Notes: generated from the sequence alone by a model not told the origin. Counted from the first letter of the stretch, positions 36,015 to 53,267 are shown. The stretch: DNA of 64,000 bases from Halocafeteria seosinensis (GCA_001687465.1 LVLI01000023.1:1-64000), one strand, 5' to 3'. Numbers and translations: made by a program.

Positions 36015-36570
36015 ATGGTGAATCGCCAAAAAATAAAGGAACTACACTGTAAAGCGGATAGCCCTGTCAGAGAGTCAGATACAAAACAACACAACCAAAC
36101 AGATACCAATCCTGACGTACAATGAAATCTACGGAAAGTCATTGGATCGTTTGGCTCGGACAGGAGCATCTATTCTGTTGTATCTGATTGACGATAACTT
36201 TGGACATTGGGTGAGTCTATGTCGTATTCCCAAAGAGAATGAACTCGATCACTTAATTTACTTTGATTTCCACGGCGAATATCCGGATCAGCCATTAACA
36301 TGGGCGACGCCCGAGAAAAATGAAGAACTCGGTCATAGTCGACCATATCTGTTGGAAAAGATCGCTCAGCATCCTGATAGGTATGAATACTTCTCAAATC
36401 CATTTGCATTTCAAAATGAAGATAATCTGGATATTCAGACCTGTAGCAGGTATCAGATTTGCTTTCTGCACTAATGTTGGAATGCTGATGAGCCGAATCT
36501 GGTCGGTTACAAGGAATGGCTGGATGATATCAAAGACCAAACGGGTTTGAAGAGACTATCCTACGGCCTA
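36015..36570 (+). pseudogene. Decayed adenain-like cysteine protease of Polinton-like virus/virophage type (endogenous viral relic)
   Basis: ALSESQIQ...ILTYNEI...ILLYLIDDNFGHWVSL...YFDFHGEYPD...NPFAFQ...QTCSRY: H, D, Q, C in adenain order. Intronless; apparent frameshift near 36055 and in-frame TAA at 36472-36474. Confidence 0.7.
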
Positions 36571-36573
36571 TGT

Positions 36574-38563
36574 CTATCCAGTGCGCTGTCTCTGCACGTC
36601 GTATGAACGATCCATTGACCTTGGCAGGGACATGGATATGCACGTCGCACAAGAAGACAGAGCAGCAGCGAATACGAATACGAAATGAAAGTCCAACGGC
36701 GGTGGTAAATTGTTGCTTAGTGTCCAAGCAAATATAACGGAACCCATTGTCGGACCGAGGGCTTTGCCCAGAGACCCTACGGTCATGCTCTGCGGGGTGT
36801 AACGGCGACGAATCCGTATAGTATCAGATCAACGGGAGCAGCTAGCATTGTAGCAATGCCACTTACTAAACCATTTACTGAACCTCTTTTCTTGGAAGGT
36901 ACAGAGTTATTAGTGAGCACCGATGTTGTAGTGAACGAGGTATTCGAGCTCGCTTTGCGAATGAACTCCAGCCCTACGAGTGCTACGACGCGCTGCGAAC
37001 CACCAAGTTGCAACATGAATGATAGTACGTATAATTGCATTGCGTCTCCTTACCATTTGGTCGGGAGAAATAGAAGAGAGAAGAGGTAGAAGCAGCAGCA
37101 ATGGGACTTGTATCATGGAGGCTCCCCGAAACAAACGAATTGGTCCGAAATAGTTTGATAAGCGGGGGAAGACGAAGATCTGGTAGAACAGAAGACAGAT
37201 CCCAACTCCTGCAAACATGGTACCCACTATGGTCGTTGTAAACCCAAGGCCTCCCTCCTGACGCTTAGCGAGGGACCATAGCGGTACCACCTCCGTACAA
37301 ACAGCTTGTACAGTACTCCATATCGTATAAATACTAATTATTTTCTGAACTGACGGCCACTTGTGTACGCTGTCTTCCGCAGAGTCTGGGAACTCTGTGG
37401 ACTCCTTCGAGCTCAACTGTACATCTGTTTCTTCTCTTTCCAAAGAAGACTTGCGCCGCATTCGTGACCGAGGAACGGCACTAATAAACAGAATAAAGCT
37501 GGTGCAATATCGCAACAGCTTATCTACTGCAGATGGGTCTTCTTTGTTGTCCTTCCTCTTATTCTTCTCCGCTTCTTCTTCATCAAGGGTTTCTGGCAGC
37601 CAGTAAATGCTCAAAACATAGGCCATTAATCCAAATCCAGCACAAACGAGACAAGGTAGGAGGTACTTGAAAGTTCCAAAAATACCGTCTGTGGAAAAGA
37701 GGGCCGGATATTTTTCAGCCGGTTCAGAAAGGATGCCGCCTATAGCAGGCCCAATAACAAGACCAAGTCCCCGTGTCGCCGTTATATAACTCATTCCTTG
37801 ACTTTGTTTTGATTCTGGACAAAGTTCTGATATAATTGTTTTTGTAGTCGAAGCAACTCCGTTCAATATCCCACTAAGCAATCTCATACTGCCCACCCAG
37901 GTGTAGCTAAAGTTAAACCCGAACGCAACACTAAGAATCGCCAAGGTAATCGACCCAAATGCACATACAGGCTTTCTACCGTACTTGTCACTCCATTTAC
38001 CCCAAAGAAAGCTCGAGATTGTGCGTCCGACCATGAAAGCGGAGGCAATGTAGCCCGCTGAGAACCCATACTCGTTCGCATTCTCGGCTATTCCGAGATC
38101 TTTCATCATTGGTCCTAAGAAAGGGTAAAGCATGGTCGTGTTAAATGAACTGGCAAAGACCACTGCACAGACAACTATCATTGACCTCACAGGTATTTTA
38201 TCACCTCCTTCTGTCGCTCCTGCCTCCTCGGCGACATCTGACTCAGAATTCAGTCTCACCGTTGACGGCACACTTCCCGAATCAGATCCCGTATCACTGC
38301 TTAAGCGCCTCCTTTGGGGGCGACTCCCTCGACGGCGTCCCCGGATGCCTTTATCGCCAACATCTTGTCCCTGCTCCACGTCATCCTCATGAAAGTACTC
38401 GTGGTTCAGGAGCTGTTCTCGCTCTTGCTCTTCTGCAGGTCGTTCCTCTTCACGTTCCCCTACATGCTCATCACGGGGGTACCGGTTGTCGCCTGCACCA
38501 GGCTGCGGCAAGACGATGGACGTGGTGGCTTGCCGCAAAGCAGCGTCATTGGCGTCATTAGGA
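36574..38563 (-). CDS. MFS transporter, ZIFL1/MFSD10-like; start exon unresolved
   Basis: 'WGKWSDKYGRKPV' (MFS motif A), 'GLGLVIGPAIGGILSEPAEKYP', 'NNSVPSKKRGSVNGL', 'KALGPTMGSVIFAW'. Confidence 0.9.
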
Positions 38564-39707
38564 CTGTAATACAGTCACTGTATACGGTCTGACGTTCGAA
38601 TCCCGTCATCTCGTTTTGTGAAGTTGGATTACGAAGCAGTCTTACATGCTTGCCTCAACGAGATGGAATACACCGTAGCGTTCACGAAACGATTACGTAG
38701 ATGTGCTATCTGGTGGAAGGACATGGAATTGACTAACACTGGAACAATACAGAGAAATCAGATGAAGTTGAAGTAGCGACCGACTCCGCCTAAGTACGCG
38801 CTGCTTCAGCCACGGCAGGAGCAAGTCAAATGATGACGTCCCTAAAATTTCCTCGTTGATAAAACAAAGGTTCGAATGGGTACTAGCTTGTACTATCTGA
38901 ACAAATCCAAAGCAAAAACACTTGTATACTGTTGCCACTGGTTACGATTGTTTTAGTGCGTACATTTCATTTGGTGTAAACCTGCAGGCTACAGAGACCC
39001 CACCAATTCGGATGCCACTGTTATCCCCGAAATGATTTCTCGATAAGACAACGGAGGAAAGCAGGTCCTACACCACTGTACAGGGCTTCCTGCGTAGCAG
39101 CATTGATGATACAAGACTTTGAACCTGGATTCCGAAACCACGACAGCAAATTGCAACAGTCAATCGTTGTTCTAATGTAGATTGGTCAATTCAAGTACAA
39201 CACAAAACCTCGTACGTCGATGTTTCTTCGCCCAAACTCTAGCCACTGCAACAATGTCTCAAAGTTTGGAACGACAAGCAACCCATGTTGTAGCCGATGT
39301 ACGTGACTTAATGCTTCATAAATAGAACAACATTCCTTACTCGTACATATTTGCCTGTCTGTGCAACCTCAGTGTTGTTGAATTTTCAACTGTTACCACT
39401 CCATCTACGATAAATCATCGTCGATTCTGCTGGAAAGTTTGAAACCTGATCTGTGCGACGCCGGCGGCCAGCCGTCGCCGCAGCAGCTTGGATTGAATTG
39501 ATTATATCACCTCCCACTTGATTTCATTTCATTCTGCTGTGTCATCTTGACATTTCCAAGTAAGTGGTTCAATGAGGGAAGTGCATGAGAGGGCCCTTTG
39601 TAATATGCTGTATTACCCCTTCCGTGCAGATCGAGGGATTGCCGGCGCCTTTCGCTGTTTTGAGCAAGATGTATAAGGCAATAGCAATTACCAATGGAGG
39701 CAGACAT

Positions 39708-40208
39708 ATGCTACTGAGGAGGGGCAATCGTGTCGTGGCAATGATACACCCTGGAGCGTCCATGGGAGCCGTACGACAGCCCCAGGGAGCTACGAATCCG
39801 TCGTTTTTTGCCACAGATGCCTCAGCAGGGTCCTCTTCTTCAACGGCAGCGGTGACCACTACATCTTCATCAGGATCTGGTAGCTCAGCTGGTGGGTCTA
39901 TTCAAACGACAACGACCGGTAGCAGTTCGCCAGCGACGGCAACGAAATCCTCCAGCAGCTCTTCAGGAGAGAGCAAGTTTAGAACGGCCACGAGATCTAT
40001 GTGGCAGCGTTTAACGAGTTTCATTGTAGGAATGGCTATAGGTGGATCGATAGCCTACGTCAAATTGCACAATGACATCTGGGACTCGACAGTGCAAATG
40101 GAGCAAACTGTACGTAGCTTGGAGAACGACGTGGTCAACTCGAATCGAGAGCTCAGAAAACGCGTTGCCGCTTTGGAGCATCAGCTTGATGAACCTTCGA
40201 GGAAGTAG
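39708..40208 (+). CDS. Small putative mitochondrial membrane protein (presequence, Ser-rich linker, one TM, coiled coil)
   Basis: Arg-rich N-terminus without acidic residues; 'WQRLTSFIVGMAIGGSIAYVKL' TM; C-terminal heptads. Confidence 0.55.
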   Translation: MLLRRGNRVVAMIHPGASMGAVRQPQGATNPSFFATDASAGSSSSTAAVTTTSSSGSGSSAGGSIQTTTTGSSSPATATKSSSSSSGESKFRTATRSMWQRLTSFIVGMAIGGSIAYVKLHNDIWDSTVQMEQTVRSLENDVVNSNRELRKRVAALEHQLDEPSRK

Positions 40209-40554
40209 TCATCCAGGGTAAGGAAGCAATGTATTAGACTTGGACAATGGATGTGTGTAGTGTTGTTAGTGAGTACACCTCGGTATTAACTTGGATATGA
40301 TGTATATCGGTAGTTTCTTATCCCCGCCCGGGGGGCTCCTTCTCGCCCAACTGATGCTAGTTGCATACTCTTAGCAGTATAGTGGGTTTGGTATCGATTT
40401 TATACACACACGAAAGTCGTATGTCATGTTTTACTTCCCACTGAGTCCCCAGTGCCAGCCCAATTTGTGAAGTCCCATCTTCACATGCCACTTTACCTCC
40501 ATTTATGCGCCATACAGAAGCAAATCTCTTTGGATTGGCACTTATACTCTATGG

Positions 40555-42659
40555 GTGTATAGCGAAAGAGGCGAAGCTGGTGGCCGCGGAATGGACCGGG
40601 AAAGCTTCATTAAAGCTGCAGCGGCAGCTTTACAACGCCAACAATCGGCAGAAGCCACTGCAGCTGATTCGCCCTCATTCTCGTCGTATACAGAGTCTGA
40701 GAGCGATGTTTGGCATGAGGTTACTTCGTTCGATTGGCCTGAACTCAGTGGACGGCAGGTGGAAAAATTGAACGAGAGCTTGATGAAACAGGCCTCCAGG
40801 AAGTCCCTCTCCGAGATTATAGGAGCTATAAATAAGAAGTTTTTGGACAATGTCGAATGGTACTTTATGAACAAGGTTCCTCAGCTACTGAGTTCTTTTT
40901 CAGAGCACGGGGGAATCGGAGACGATGGGAGTGAGAAGGAGAAAGATACGCATGGCATGGAGTTGGTCCCGAAAACCGCGGACACAGATTTGATAGGCCC
41001 CAGTTGTCGGCTGGTTCTCATTGCCTGGATTTTGTTACCTCATAGTGTTTATCGGTAAGTACGGCCCTTGCCTTGTTTCAGAGAATTATGACAAGGCGAA
41101 TTGTGGTCTAAACTTACAGATGTGGTCTCCCGCACTCAGACACTGCTGGTGAAACAAAGGCTCTGACTTGCTTATCAGAGTCCACCTCCAAAGACTCAAA
41201 AGAAGAAGCTAGTACCACAGATATCATCAGGCAACTGCTGCAGCAGTCGTCGAGGTATTTGCTGTTTGGCTATGAAAAGGAATGGCGAAACTTTGTATAC
41301 CAGCTACCCAACATTAACTTCTCAGATTTCCTCAGCCCAAGTCTCCTCTTTGACCTGCTCGAACTAATGGCTCAACATGTCATCGATGAAATTGAGGCGA
41401 TCTCAGGAGCAACAGAAAATGGCTCTGATCAGCCGACTAACTTGGACCGAAAACTATCAGAATCCAGTGCGGTTACCCCTTCGGGATTTATTACAGCTGC
41501 GACTATCTTATCTGAAGAATCCTATACGAAGACTCATTCCTGTGTACTGAGACTATGGTCCGTTGGCTTTGATTGTGGGAATGTCGAGCGACAGAAAATC
41601 CTCAGTGTAAAAACTACATTTTTAAGGAGGCAAATCGTGGCCATATTCAGGAATTTGGACCATTTAAGCGTGCGATGGAATAAGGCAGTAAATATTTGGG
41701 AGGATATTCTGCTGCCTCTAATGAACTCATTGCAACCCTCGGTATTTGCTGTGTTACGTGAGTCTGTGGCTGTGGCCACAGACAGTACTGAATCCCAACC
41801 ACTCTTCGTTCAACAGAATATTGCTCTTCATCAGGAAATCCTAGCGTTCTTGGAAGAAGCTATGATATCTAAGGGCTGTAATTTTATTTCCAAGATGGTA
41901 GAACAAGGCGCTTTCCGAATAATATTATCAATACTGAACCATATTTTCTCTGCAAATCCCCACCGGGAATCCTTGGTGAACGTTGATTGCGAACGGATGC
42001 GCCGCATTCTCCTTACTATGGCAATGAAAGAAAAACGGTCTAACGCCCATGCGAAACGAGGGAGTAATTTCTATGAATGTCTCTGTGTCTCCACTACTGA
42101 CGAGGAAGACCACATCAGCATGACCGCTCGAATCCTCTTCGGAGGTTCGCACAAGGCTAACAAGGATAAGACTCATTCCTTCATCGAAAGCCATTTAGAC
42201 TCAATTGCTACAGATGTGGAATCCGTCAACAACTGGGATATCAATATTTGCAATTCAGCTGCCGAGAAAATCGAAGATGCTGATCTGGGGACACTCTCGA
42301 ACCGTCTAGAAACCCTCGGTTCTAAGGTAGACGTATGGACTCGGACATTGGATCTACTTTGCTCTGCATACGATACAGGATTGTTTACATTTCCGACATT
42401 GCCCTCAGAACAAGGCATGCTACAAAAACTTGATGCTAATATTCGACGATGGTACCACATCGATCCAGAAAAGAATCTGTTAGAGTACCAACAGCAGGAG
42501 AAGATGGATGACGAATCAACATCATCAACGCAACGAAAGGCTAATAGGTGTCTTACAGCGCGCGAGAAATGCATGCAGAGTTATCGTCAATTGTTTGGAG
42601 TTATCAAGCGATATAGAGGGAAATCAGAAAGTGGAACTACTTCATCCAAGGTTGACTGA
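40555..42659 (+). CDS. Hypothetical helical protein, 2 or more exons
   Basis: Long ORFs 40555-41058 and 41259-42659 linked by a probable intron from 41056 (gtaagt) to ~41119 (acag). Confidence 0.6.
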
Positions 42660-42765
42660 GACGATAAACATCTGGTTAAGAGGATCGTCAATTGTTTGGA
42701 GTTATGAAGCAATCTAGAGACGAATCAGAACGTGAAAGTGCTTTATTCAATGCTTACTGAGAGAT
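42583..42765 (+). repeat. Degenerate ~101-bp tandem duplication of the gene 3' end
   Basis: atcgtcaattgtttggagttat...aatcagaa...actgaga at 42583 and 42684. Confidence 0.8.
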
Positions 42766-43657
42766 CTGTTATGAGATCTAGCAGGATTGATACAATTAAT
42801 TGACCAAGAACAATGCGTTTTGCACCCAGCGGGAATTGCGTCCTGTTCTTTAGGGGAAGCTGTAGCCGACCCATGCTCAGGAAGCGAGCATTGGCAGACG
42901 GTATGGGGAGTTAAGATGACTGCTATATCGACTCAATGTCTCTTTTTACACCGGAGATCTGATGGACTAGTCATCCTTACTTGGCTAGGAAACGATACGA
43001 CGTGTGACGTACGCGAGGTCTGGGTTGGAAAGCCCCTGTGTCGATACAACAATCGTTCCAAATTAGTATAGGAATGAATGTTAACATTCATTAGACATTA
43101 CACCCCTTCGTCGTATGATATACATGCATTGTGCAACCAGAGTTCCCGACAAGTTGTCCGTCCTCCGCTTCCGCAAACATTAGCTTCCGAATCCCATCAG
43201 AACTCGATTGTATCGGCACTTCTGGCAATTCCTTTACAACACTGTACCATTCGCGGTATACTATACCGCGTCGTCAAGTTGTCGAAATTCACCCCGCAAA
43301 GTGGTCTTCGTGGTGATTCCTGGCCTTTCCGCGCGCTTTTTTGCCGTTTAGAGGGACATACTTCAACCGAACTCATTTAGGTGCTTTAGCCGTATCGTTT
43401 GCATGATGTTAGGCCCTCGGTATATAGTTTAGAGCACGTCGAAATTGATACGAGTTGTTTTAGAGTGGATCGTGGACTGGATTGTAGTGAATAAAGGGAT
43501 TTTGTGATTTAGCGATCTAGGTGTCGCATGACATTACCTTCGTTCCTGAGGCTTAATGGAGCTTTTCCGAGGGGGCGCTCTTTGATTTAAGTCCATTTTT
43601 ACCTGATCTATACCGTAAACGTTCCTGTATTGGGGATGGAGCCGTAAATAAGCGCCA

Positions 43658-46600
43658 GTGAATAGGACGATGGGAGGCTACGGATACCGTTATGGGGCTT
43701 TTTCGGAGCCTTGGCGGCATTCCAATACAGATCCCACTGGAAAGGAGAAATTTGCTGAGCAGAATCCGAAAAAATTAGTGCTAGCCATGCAGCAAAGGCA
43801 AACCTCAGTCAAACAGAGCCGAAGAAGTGTACCCCCGACCAACGCGCTCCCGGTCCCCTCTTCGCCGTTGGGTGAGAATCAGCAGCAACGTGGTCACTAT
43901 AATACAGGAGGAGGAGGAGGGGGAGGGGGTTTTCCTCCCCGCGCTCCAACGGGAGCGCCTGGATACATTGCCTTTCAGACGAGCAAGGTAAGGCGCTCCT
44001 GGGAGACGGAGACCGAGCGCTACAGTGGCTCCGAGCCGCCAGTGTCGGCTTCGCCAAGGAAGCACCAACAGCAGCAGCACGAGAGATTGACAGTTGGTCC
44101 GTTGAATTATCCTGTTCAGGCGATTCGGAGTCCTTCCCGAGCTTCTGATCCCCCATCGAATGGATCAGCTAGCAACGATATTGAGGAAGCGAGTGCTTCA
44201 TCGAGATGGCAAGAGACGTTAGAAAAGACCATCTTTCCTTCGCTGAAGATTGGTAGTGAAGGAGAATACGCTCAACGAAGTCAGGGGATTCAGTCGCCAC
44301 CTGATAACTCTCGCTCGCATAGGGAGGGTACCGAGTCTGAGCCCTGTACAACTCAGCGCTCGGCGCAGTCGCCATCCAGTAGCGTGTATACACGTCGGGA
44401 AATGGGATCCCCTGACATAATGCTGGACGACCGCCCTGGCTCTGCAGCAACTTATGGAGAAGACTCTGAACAGCATCCGCAAGGCTGCTTGTGCATCGTT
44501 TGCTACGAGAACAGTGTGGATGACTCTAGTGGCAGTGAACACTCCGGCTCTCCTGTCCCGGATAATGAGGATGAGGAGCCAGAAGGCGAAATGCTGCCCA
44601 ACGGTTCTTTTCCTGAAGAAAGTCAGCAAGAGGCTATGGAAGGAGGAGGACACTCTGAGGAGACGATAACGTTAGTACAGAGTCTCTTCGCGCATCGGCC
44701 TCCCACAGTCTTCTTTGATTACCCTAAATTTGTCGGTATTTCCAGAGCTCGAGGTAAGTCTTGAGAGTGCAAAGCACTCTCAAAGGTTGTTTCTGAATGT
44801 AAGTATTCAAATTGGTCGCGCATACGCAGACTGTGGCGCGGTTTTTAGGACTACTGGCGATAACCTCCAGGTGAAGTTCAAGATATCCGTAGTTCATGAA
44901 TACAATGCCGTTCGGAATGCATGGACGAGGAATGGCTTCACTAGAGGCAGCGGTAAAAACTGGAACGCTCTTTGGTCTTGCCATTTAAAGGAGGACGAGT
45001 TAGCAAGGTTAAATCCCTTCCAGAAGGGTAAGTTTATCATCCCACGTTTTACGATGTGACTGGTGGTGTTTACTTGACGTCTTTTCGATAATGATGTTTT
45101 TCAGTAAATCATTTTCCCGGAACGTGGGCCATCGGCAGGAAAGATCGGTTAGCACGTTCGATGGGCAAAATGTATAGGAACTTTGGAGAGGACTACAATG
45201 TCATTCCTCGTACATACCTGCTACCTGGCGATAGGGGTGCACTGAAAAGGGAGCTATCTCAGAATCCACGTTGTATGTGGATATTGAAGCCAGTAGCTTC
45301 TTCTTGTGGGAGAGGGATCCGACTCGTCTCGGGTAACATAATGAACCACAAGAATCGCCGATCAGGCCCCCGAAGGAGTACCAGTGAACATACTGGTACC
45401 TTAGGAAATGCTTTGCCTCCAAAATCGAAGAAATACGTGGCCCAGCAATATATCAAACATCCTCATTTAATTGATGGGAGAAAGTATGACCTACGTCTTT
45501 ACGTTCTTGTGACAAGTTTTGACCCGCTGAGAGTCTATCTGTAAGTGCACTTCGAAGAATATTACTATATCCGTCTATTTATTTGTTTAGATAAAGTGGC
45601 TATTTGCGTCCAGATTCAATGATGGTTTAGTTCGATTTTGTACGGAGGGGTACTCAACCTCTTGCAAGAATGGCAGCGTCACAAATCGATATGCCCATTT
45701 GACGAACTACAGCGTAAACAAACGCAGTTCTATTTATGACAGGTAAGTACTTCTCGAAAATTTCACGTTCCGTTGCGTGTCGACAAGGGTACCTACATGT
45801 TAACCACAGGAATGAAGATTCCAACAATGATGGACAAGGTAGCAAATGGAGTCTGAAAGCACTCCGCCGCTACTTTAAAGATGTTGGCATCGATGATGTT
45901 GCTGTAATGAATGATATAAAGGATGTCGTCATAAAGACTCTGATTAGTTGTGAGTCAGAGGTTGGCTCTGCATACAATCGAGCTTTCTCTGGTCGGTAAG
46001 TAAACGGCGATGTACTCTACCACTGTATTCTTCAAGAGAATAACTGCCATATAATGCTTTTTTCAGAAATCCGGAATTAGGAACGGGAACACCTGCATTT
46101 GAAATATTTGGTTTTGATGTTCTCTTGGACAAATCATTGAAGCCATGGCTAATGGAGGTGAACGTTAGCCCAAGCTTAAGTAGTTCCTCCCCATTGGATA
46201 AGAAAATTAAGTGTATCCTCATGACTGATGTATTTCACTTGATTGGAATTGTACCTTACGATGCGGAAACATGGTCGACTGAGGTGGAGAAACAAAAGCA
46301 ATCACGCTTGGTGCACAAGGAGTGGACTATGACGATGCCTACATCAGATGCAGTTGTAGCAGCAGCAGCGGGAAACTCACGGGATAAGGGCTTTGGTAGC
46401 TCTGCTAAACGGCCTGTGTCAAGGCCCACATCTGCCTCATGTCGCATAACTATTGCCGACTTAGAAAGTGGTCGTTGCAGATTTGACAGTTTAACCGCTT
46501 CTGAGCGTGCACTGATTTTTGATCTCGAAGACGAGTGGTCTCGGAAAGGAAATTTCGAAGTTATTTTCCCCACGCGAAAGACTTGGAAGAACTATAAGAA

Positions 46601-47313
46601 GTATTTTGAATCCAAGAGGAAAAGCAATGTCCTTATGGATATTTGGTTAACTAGATGGAGATCAAGCGTATTAGGAGATCCCCAGAAGCGCCTGGAGCTA
46701 TTTCACGACCCCAAGCGGGCTCCGGTAAAGGCTGCGAAGACTTCTTCACCCAATAGAACCTCTTTCCAGTCCAACGACAGTTGGAATTCTTCACGAGAAA
46801 GCGCAAATGATGATTTATTCTCTATTGCTCCCGTGTCCAAGTCAAAGCTGTCGCGATACAAGAAAAGAGTTGGGTCCAGGTATGGATTATCCATGAAGAC
46901 AACAGAGGAAATATATCAAGAAAATAACCATGTTCCTCAGAGAGAAAAGGGGAGCCAGTCTTTTGGCACCAACGGACCTCTCTGCATCCGTGCAGAAAAG
47001 GGGCAAAAACAGTCCACCGAGAACACTACTTGGGAACCAGTCCGTCCGACCACAAGACTTTGGCAATCATAGTCCTATCGAAGCTTTTGAGAGGAATCAA
47101 GCACAAATGGTTAAGCGCACTAGCTCTTTCCGTCCCAGCGTAGGCAACGGTCTCGTCGAAACTGAACGTCAATTGGGCAGATCCCCAGATGAATGCGGCG
47201 GCGGGGGAAGGCAATGTCCTCCGAGAAGGATGTCTTCCACAAGGCCTCAATCACGACCTAGCAGTGCTACATCATACAGACGTAGGTACTTTTCGATTAG
47301 TTCTCAAAATTGA
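43658..47313 (+). CDS. Tubulin polyglutamylase, TTLL4/TTLL5-like, multi-exon
   Basis: NHFPGTWAIGRKDRL, WILKPVASSCGRGI, QQYIKHPHLIDGRKYDLRLYVLVTSFDPLRVY, GSKWSL, FEIFGFDVLLD, PWLMEVNVSPSL; final intron 46880-46940. Confidence 0.92.
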
Positions 47314-47416
47314 TTAGAGCCAAAAATGCATATGATGTACATTCGTGAGGTATATGCAGTAGTATTCTTCCGCACCGTAAACCAAGGTGCCCGAAACATG
47401 GGGCCTAGATTGATTC

Positions 47417-48161
47417 TTACTTCCCAGTTGACCCGAAACCTCCATCGCCTCTGCATTCACCGTTGATATACATTAAGCAGCTTGAGATAAAAATAAACAG
47501 CTTTCAGCTGATGCTCACCTTTCACTTTCATCAATCTCATTGACTTCCTCCACCTCTGGTGTTTCAATCCGCTCTAGTATAAGTTGGGCAATGCGATCTC
47601 CTCTTTTCACTGAGGCCGTCAAAGTTCAGTTGCATTATAGAACTTGTCAGAACTTTGTGTGAGACACTACGACCTACCTTCGAAAGGTTTATCGGAGAAG
47701 TTAAATAAGATAACTCCAACGTTGCCCCGGTAATCAGCATCTGTACAAGATTCACCATGTATAAGCGCACTCATTTCCAGATGATAAGACCAAGACGTAC
47801 CAATCACCCCAGCACCGACGTCGATAGAGTATTTATGAGCCAAACCGGACCTAGGAGCTGCAGTGTTTTCCCAAAGTTCAAAAGTTTGGAACGTAAACTT
47901 TTAAGCAAACTTTCAAATTCAAATGCCCTTTCAAAATTCAAATTCAAATGGGATCCGAGTCTGTGCCGCCATTTACGTACCTACTCTTCCATAGCAATGT
48001 TCAGGGATTTTCACGCTGAGATCGGTCTTGAGAAGAGTCTGTCCTCGCGCGGGGACGGTGCCGTCGTAGGCGCTGGTAAGGTCATATCCGGCAGCAAACT
48101 TGGATCCCCGTGTAGGCAGGGTCGCATGCTCACTGAGTTTTTTCACTTGCAATTTCATCAT
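47417..48161 (-). CDS. DUT: Trimeric dUTPase, 5 exons
   Basis: All five motifs: [39 protein letters not shown]. Confidence 0.95.
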
Positions 48162-48770
48162 TTTACGAGCCTTTTTGTTGACAGATTCGTTCACAGACAT
48201 TTGTCGCCTTGTATATACTCACTATATTATGCGCCATATATACCTACAATACCTTCAAAACAGCTGAATTCGGCACCCAAGACTTAGGAGTCACAAACCT
48301 GAACTTCAACTTGATGAGGAAGCAGAAGATGGAGTCCACTTCAGTCCATATCCGTCTAGTGGCGTGTGCAAAGTTAGTTTTAAAGTATCCCATTATCCAA
48401 CTATTGGTAGGCAGGTATGCAAGTCAGTGGTAAGTGGTAAGTGACTTTTGAACTGTAGCCGTTGTTCACTTCCTCAATACCCTAGAACTTTTTGCTAGCG
48501 ACCAATTGAACGTTTTTAGCTACGGTGATTCCCAACTATTCCTATTGACTTTCCCCACTTCGTTTGACAATTCAATGTTGTATGTCAAGCAAGAATTACG
48601 ATAGGATTCATAATTGATCAAATAATGCAAGGAAACACCGAATCGCAACTTGGGAGATATTTTCCAAATTAAATGGAGTACTCAACAGTCGTATTAGTGA
48701 TCATTTGTGGTAGTTAATTCGAGTTTGGCAGAAAGTCGTGCTCTTGTCTCCATGAGACGCTTCATATAAT

Positions 48771-50732
<1,962 letters not shown>

Positions 50733-50978
50733 CTTTCTGGGTATCTTGTCTTGCGTCGCGTTTCAATCAATCAATGCCTACGTATGTATGTAAGCTCAAT
50801 GCTTGAGGAGATGATGTAGTGCAACACGCTTCACCAACGTAATAATTAAGAAAAGCAAAATGCTGTCAAAAGAACTTTCGGAAAACGAATGTGAGGTTAT
50901 CAATCCGATGGAATCCTCATGATATACAGTAGTTTCATCTGTAGAGGAACTTCAACTGCCGGGAGCTTCACATCCTCC

Positions 50979-51165
50979 ATGGAGGAAGTTGAGTTGACGG
51001 TGCGCAATGTCAATATCACGGGTTGGTATTCCATTGGGGATATTGAAGAAGATTGGGCATGTGGTATTTGTGCAGGTTTATTGAATGGTCAAGTGTATAT
51101 AACGCGTTCCTAGATGAGATACCGCATATATTCTCTTATCTGGTGATGGTTTAGCTGCCTTGTGT
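50979..51165 (+). pseudogene. APC11/RBX-like RING N-terminal fragment
   Basis: MEEVELTVRNVNITGWYSIGDIEEDWACGIC resembles the APC11/RBX1 N-terminal strand and first CxxC; the rest of the RING-H2 was not found. Confidence 0.35.
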
Positions 51166-51503
51166 GGTGGGTGGGTGAGTAACAGGAAGTATGGTGGAAG
51201 TATCGGATCGGCAGGATAACTCGAATCCAATGCAAATAGTGGTACATTGTACAACAAGCAGTCTCTTAGGAGTCGACCAATTCAGGACCCCATCGTAGGT
51301 GTTTTTTGAGCTTCAAACGTGACAATTACGACAAGGGCAAAACAGCAGCTGCTATACTTTGTTATTGGCATACGTCTACTGTTGGTAGCCCACTGGGCTC
51401 CAGCCCTCTTTCCGTTTTGGGGGCAAAAAGTTAGGTCAAAGCACTTATTGCGCCTACTGTTTTACTTCGTTATAAGCCATAGCTGCTGCAAACAGGTGCC
51501 ATA

Positions 51504-53267
<1,764 letters not shown>

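Noticed and set aside
1826..36474. Stop-codon reassignment suggested by in-frame TAG (CRN-like gene) and TAA (viral protease)
   Set aside because: Conserved genes end at their expected C-termini with TAG (TBCB) and TAA (GDH, dUTPase, glutaredoxin), so the code is standard
47417..48161. dUTPase as a viral or retroelement marker
   Set aside because: It has four spliceosomal introns and sits among housekeeping genes
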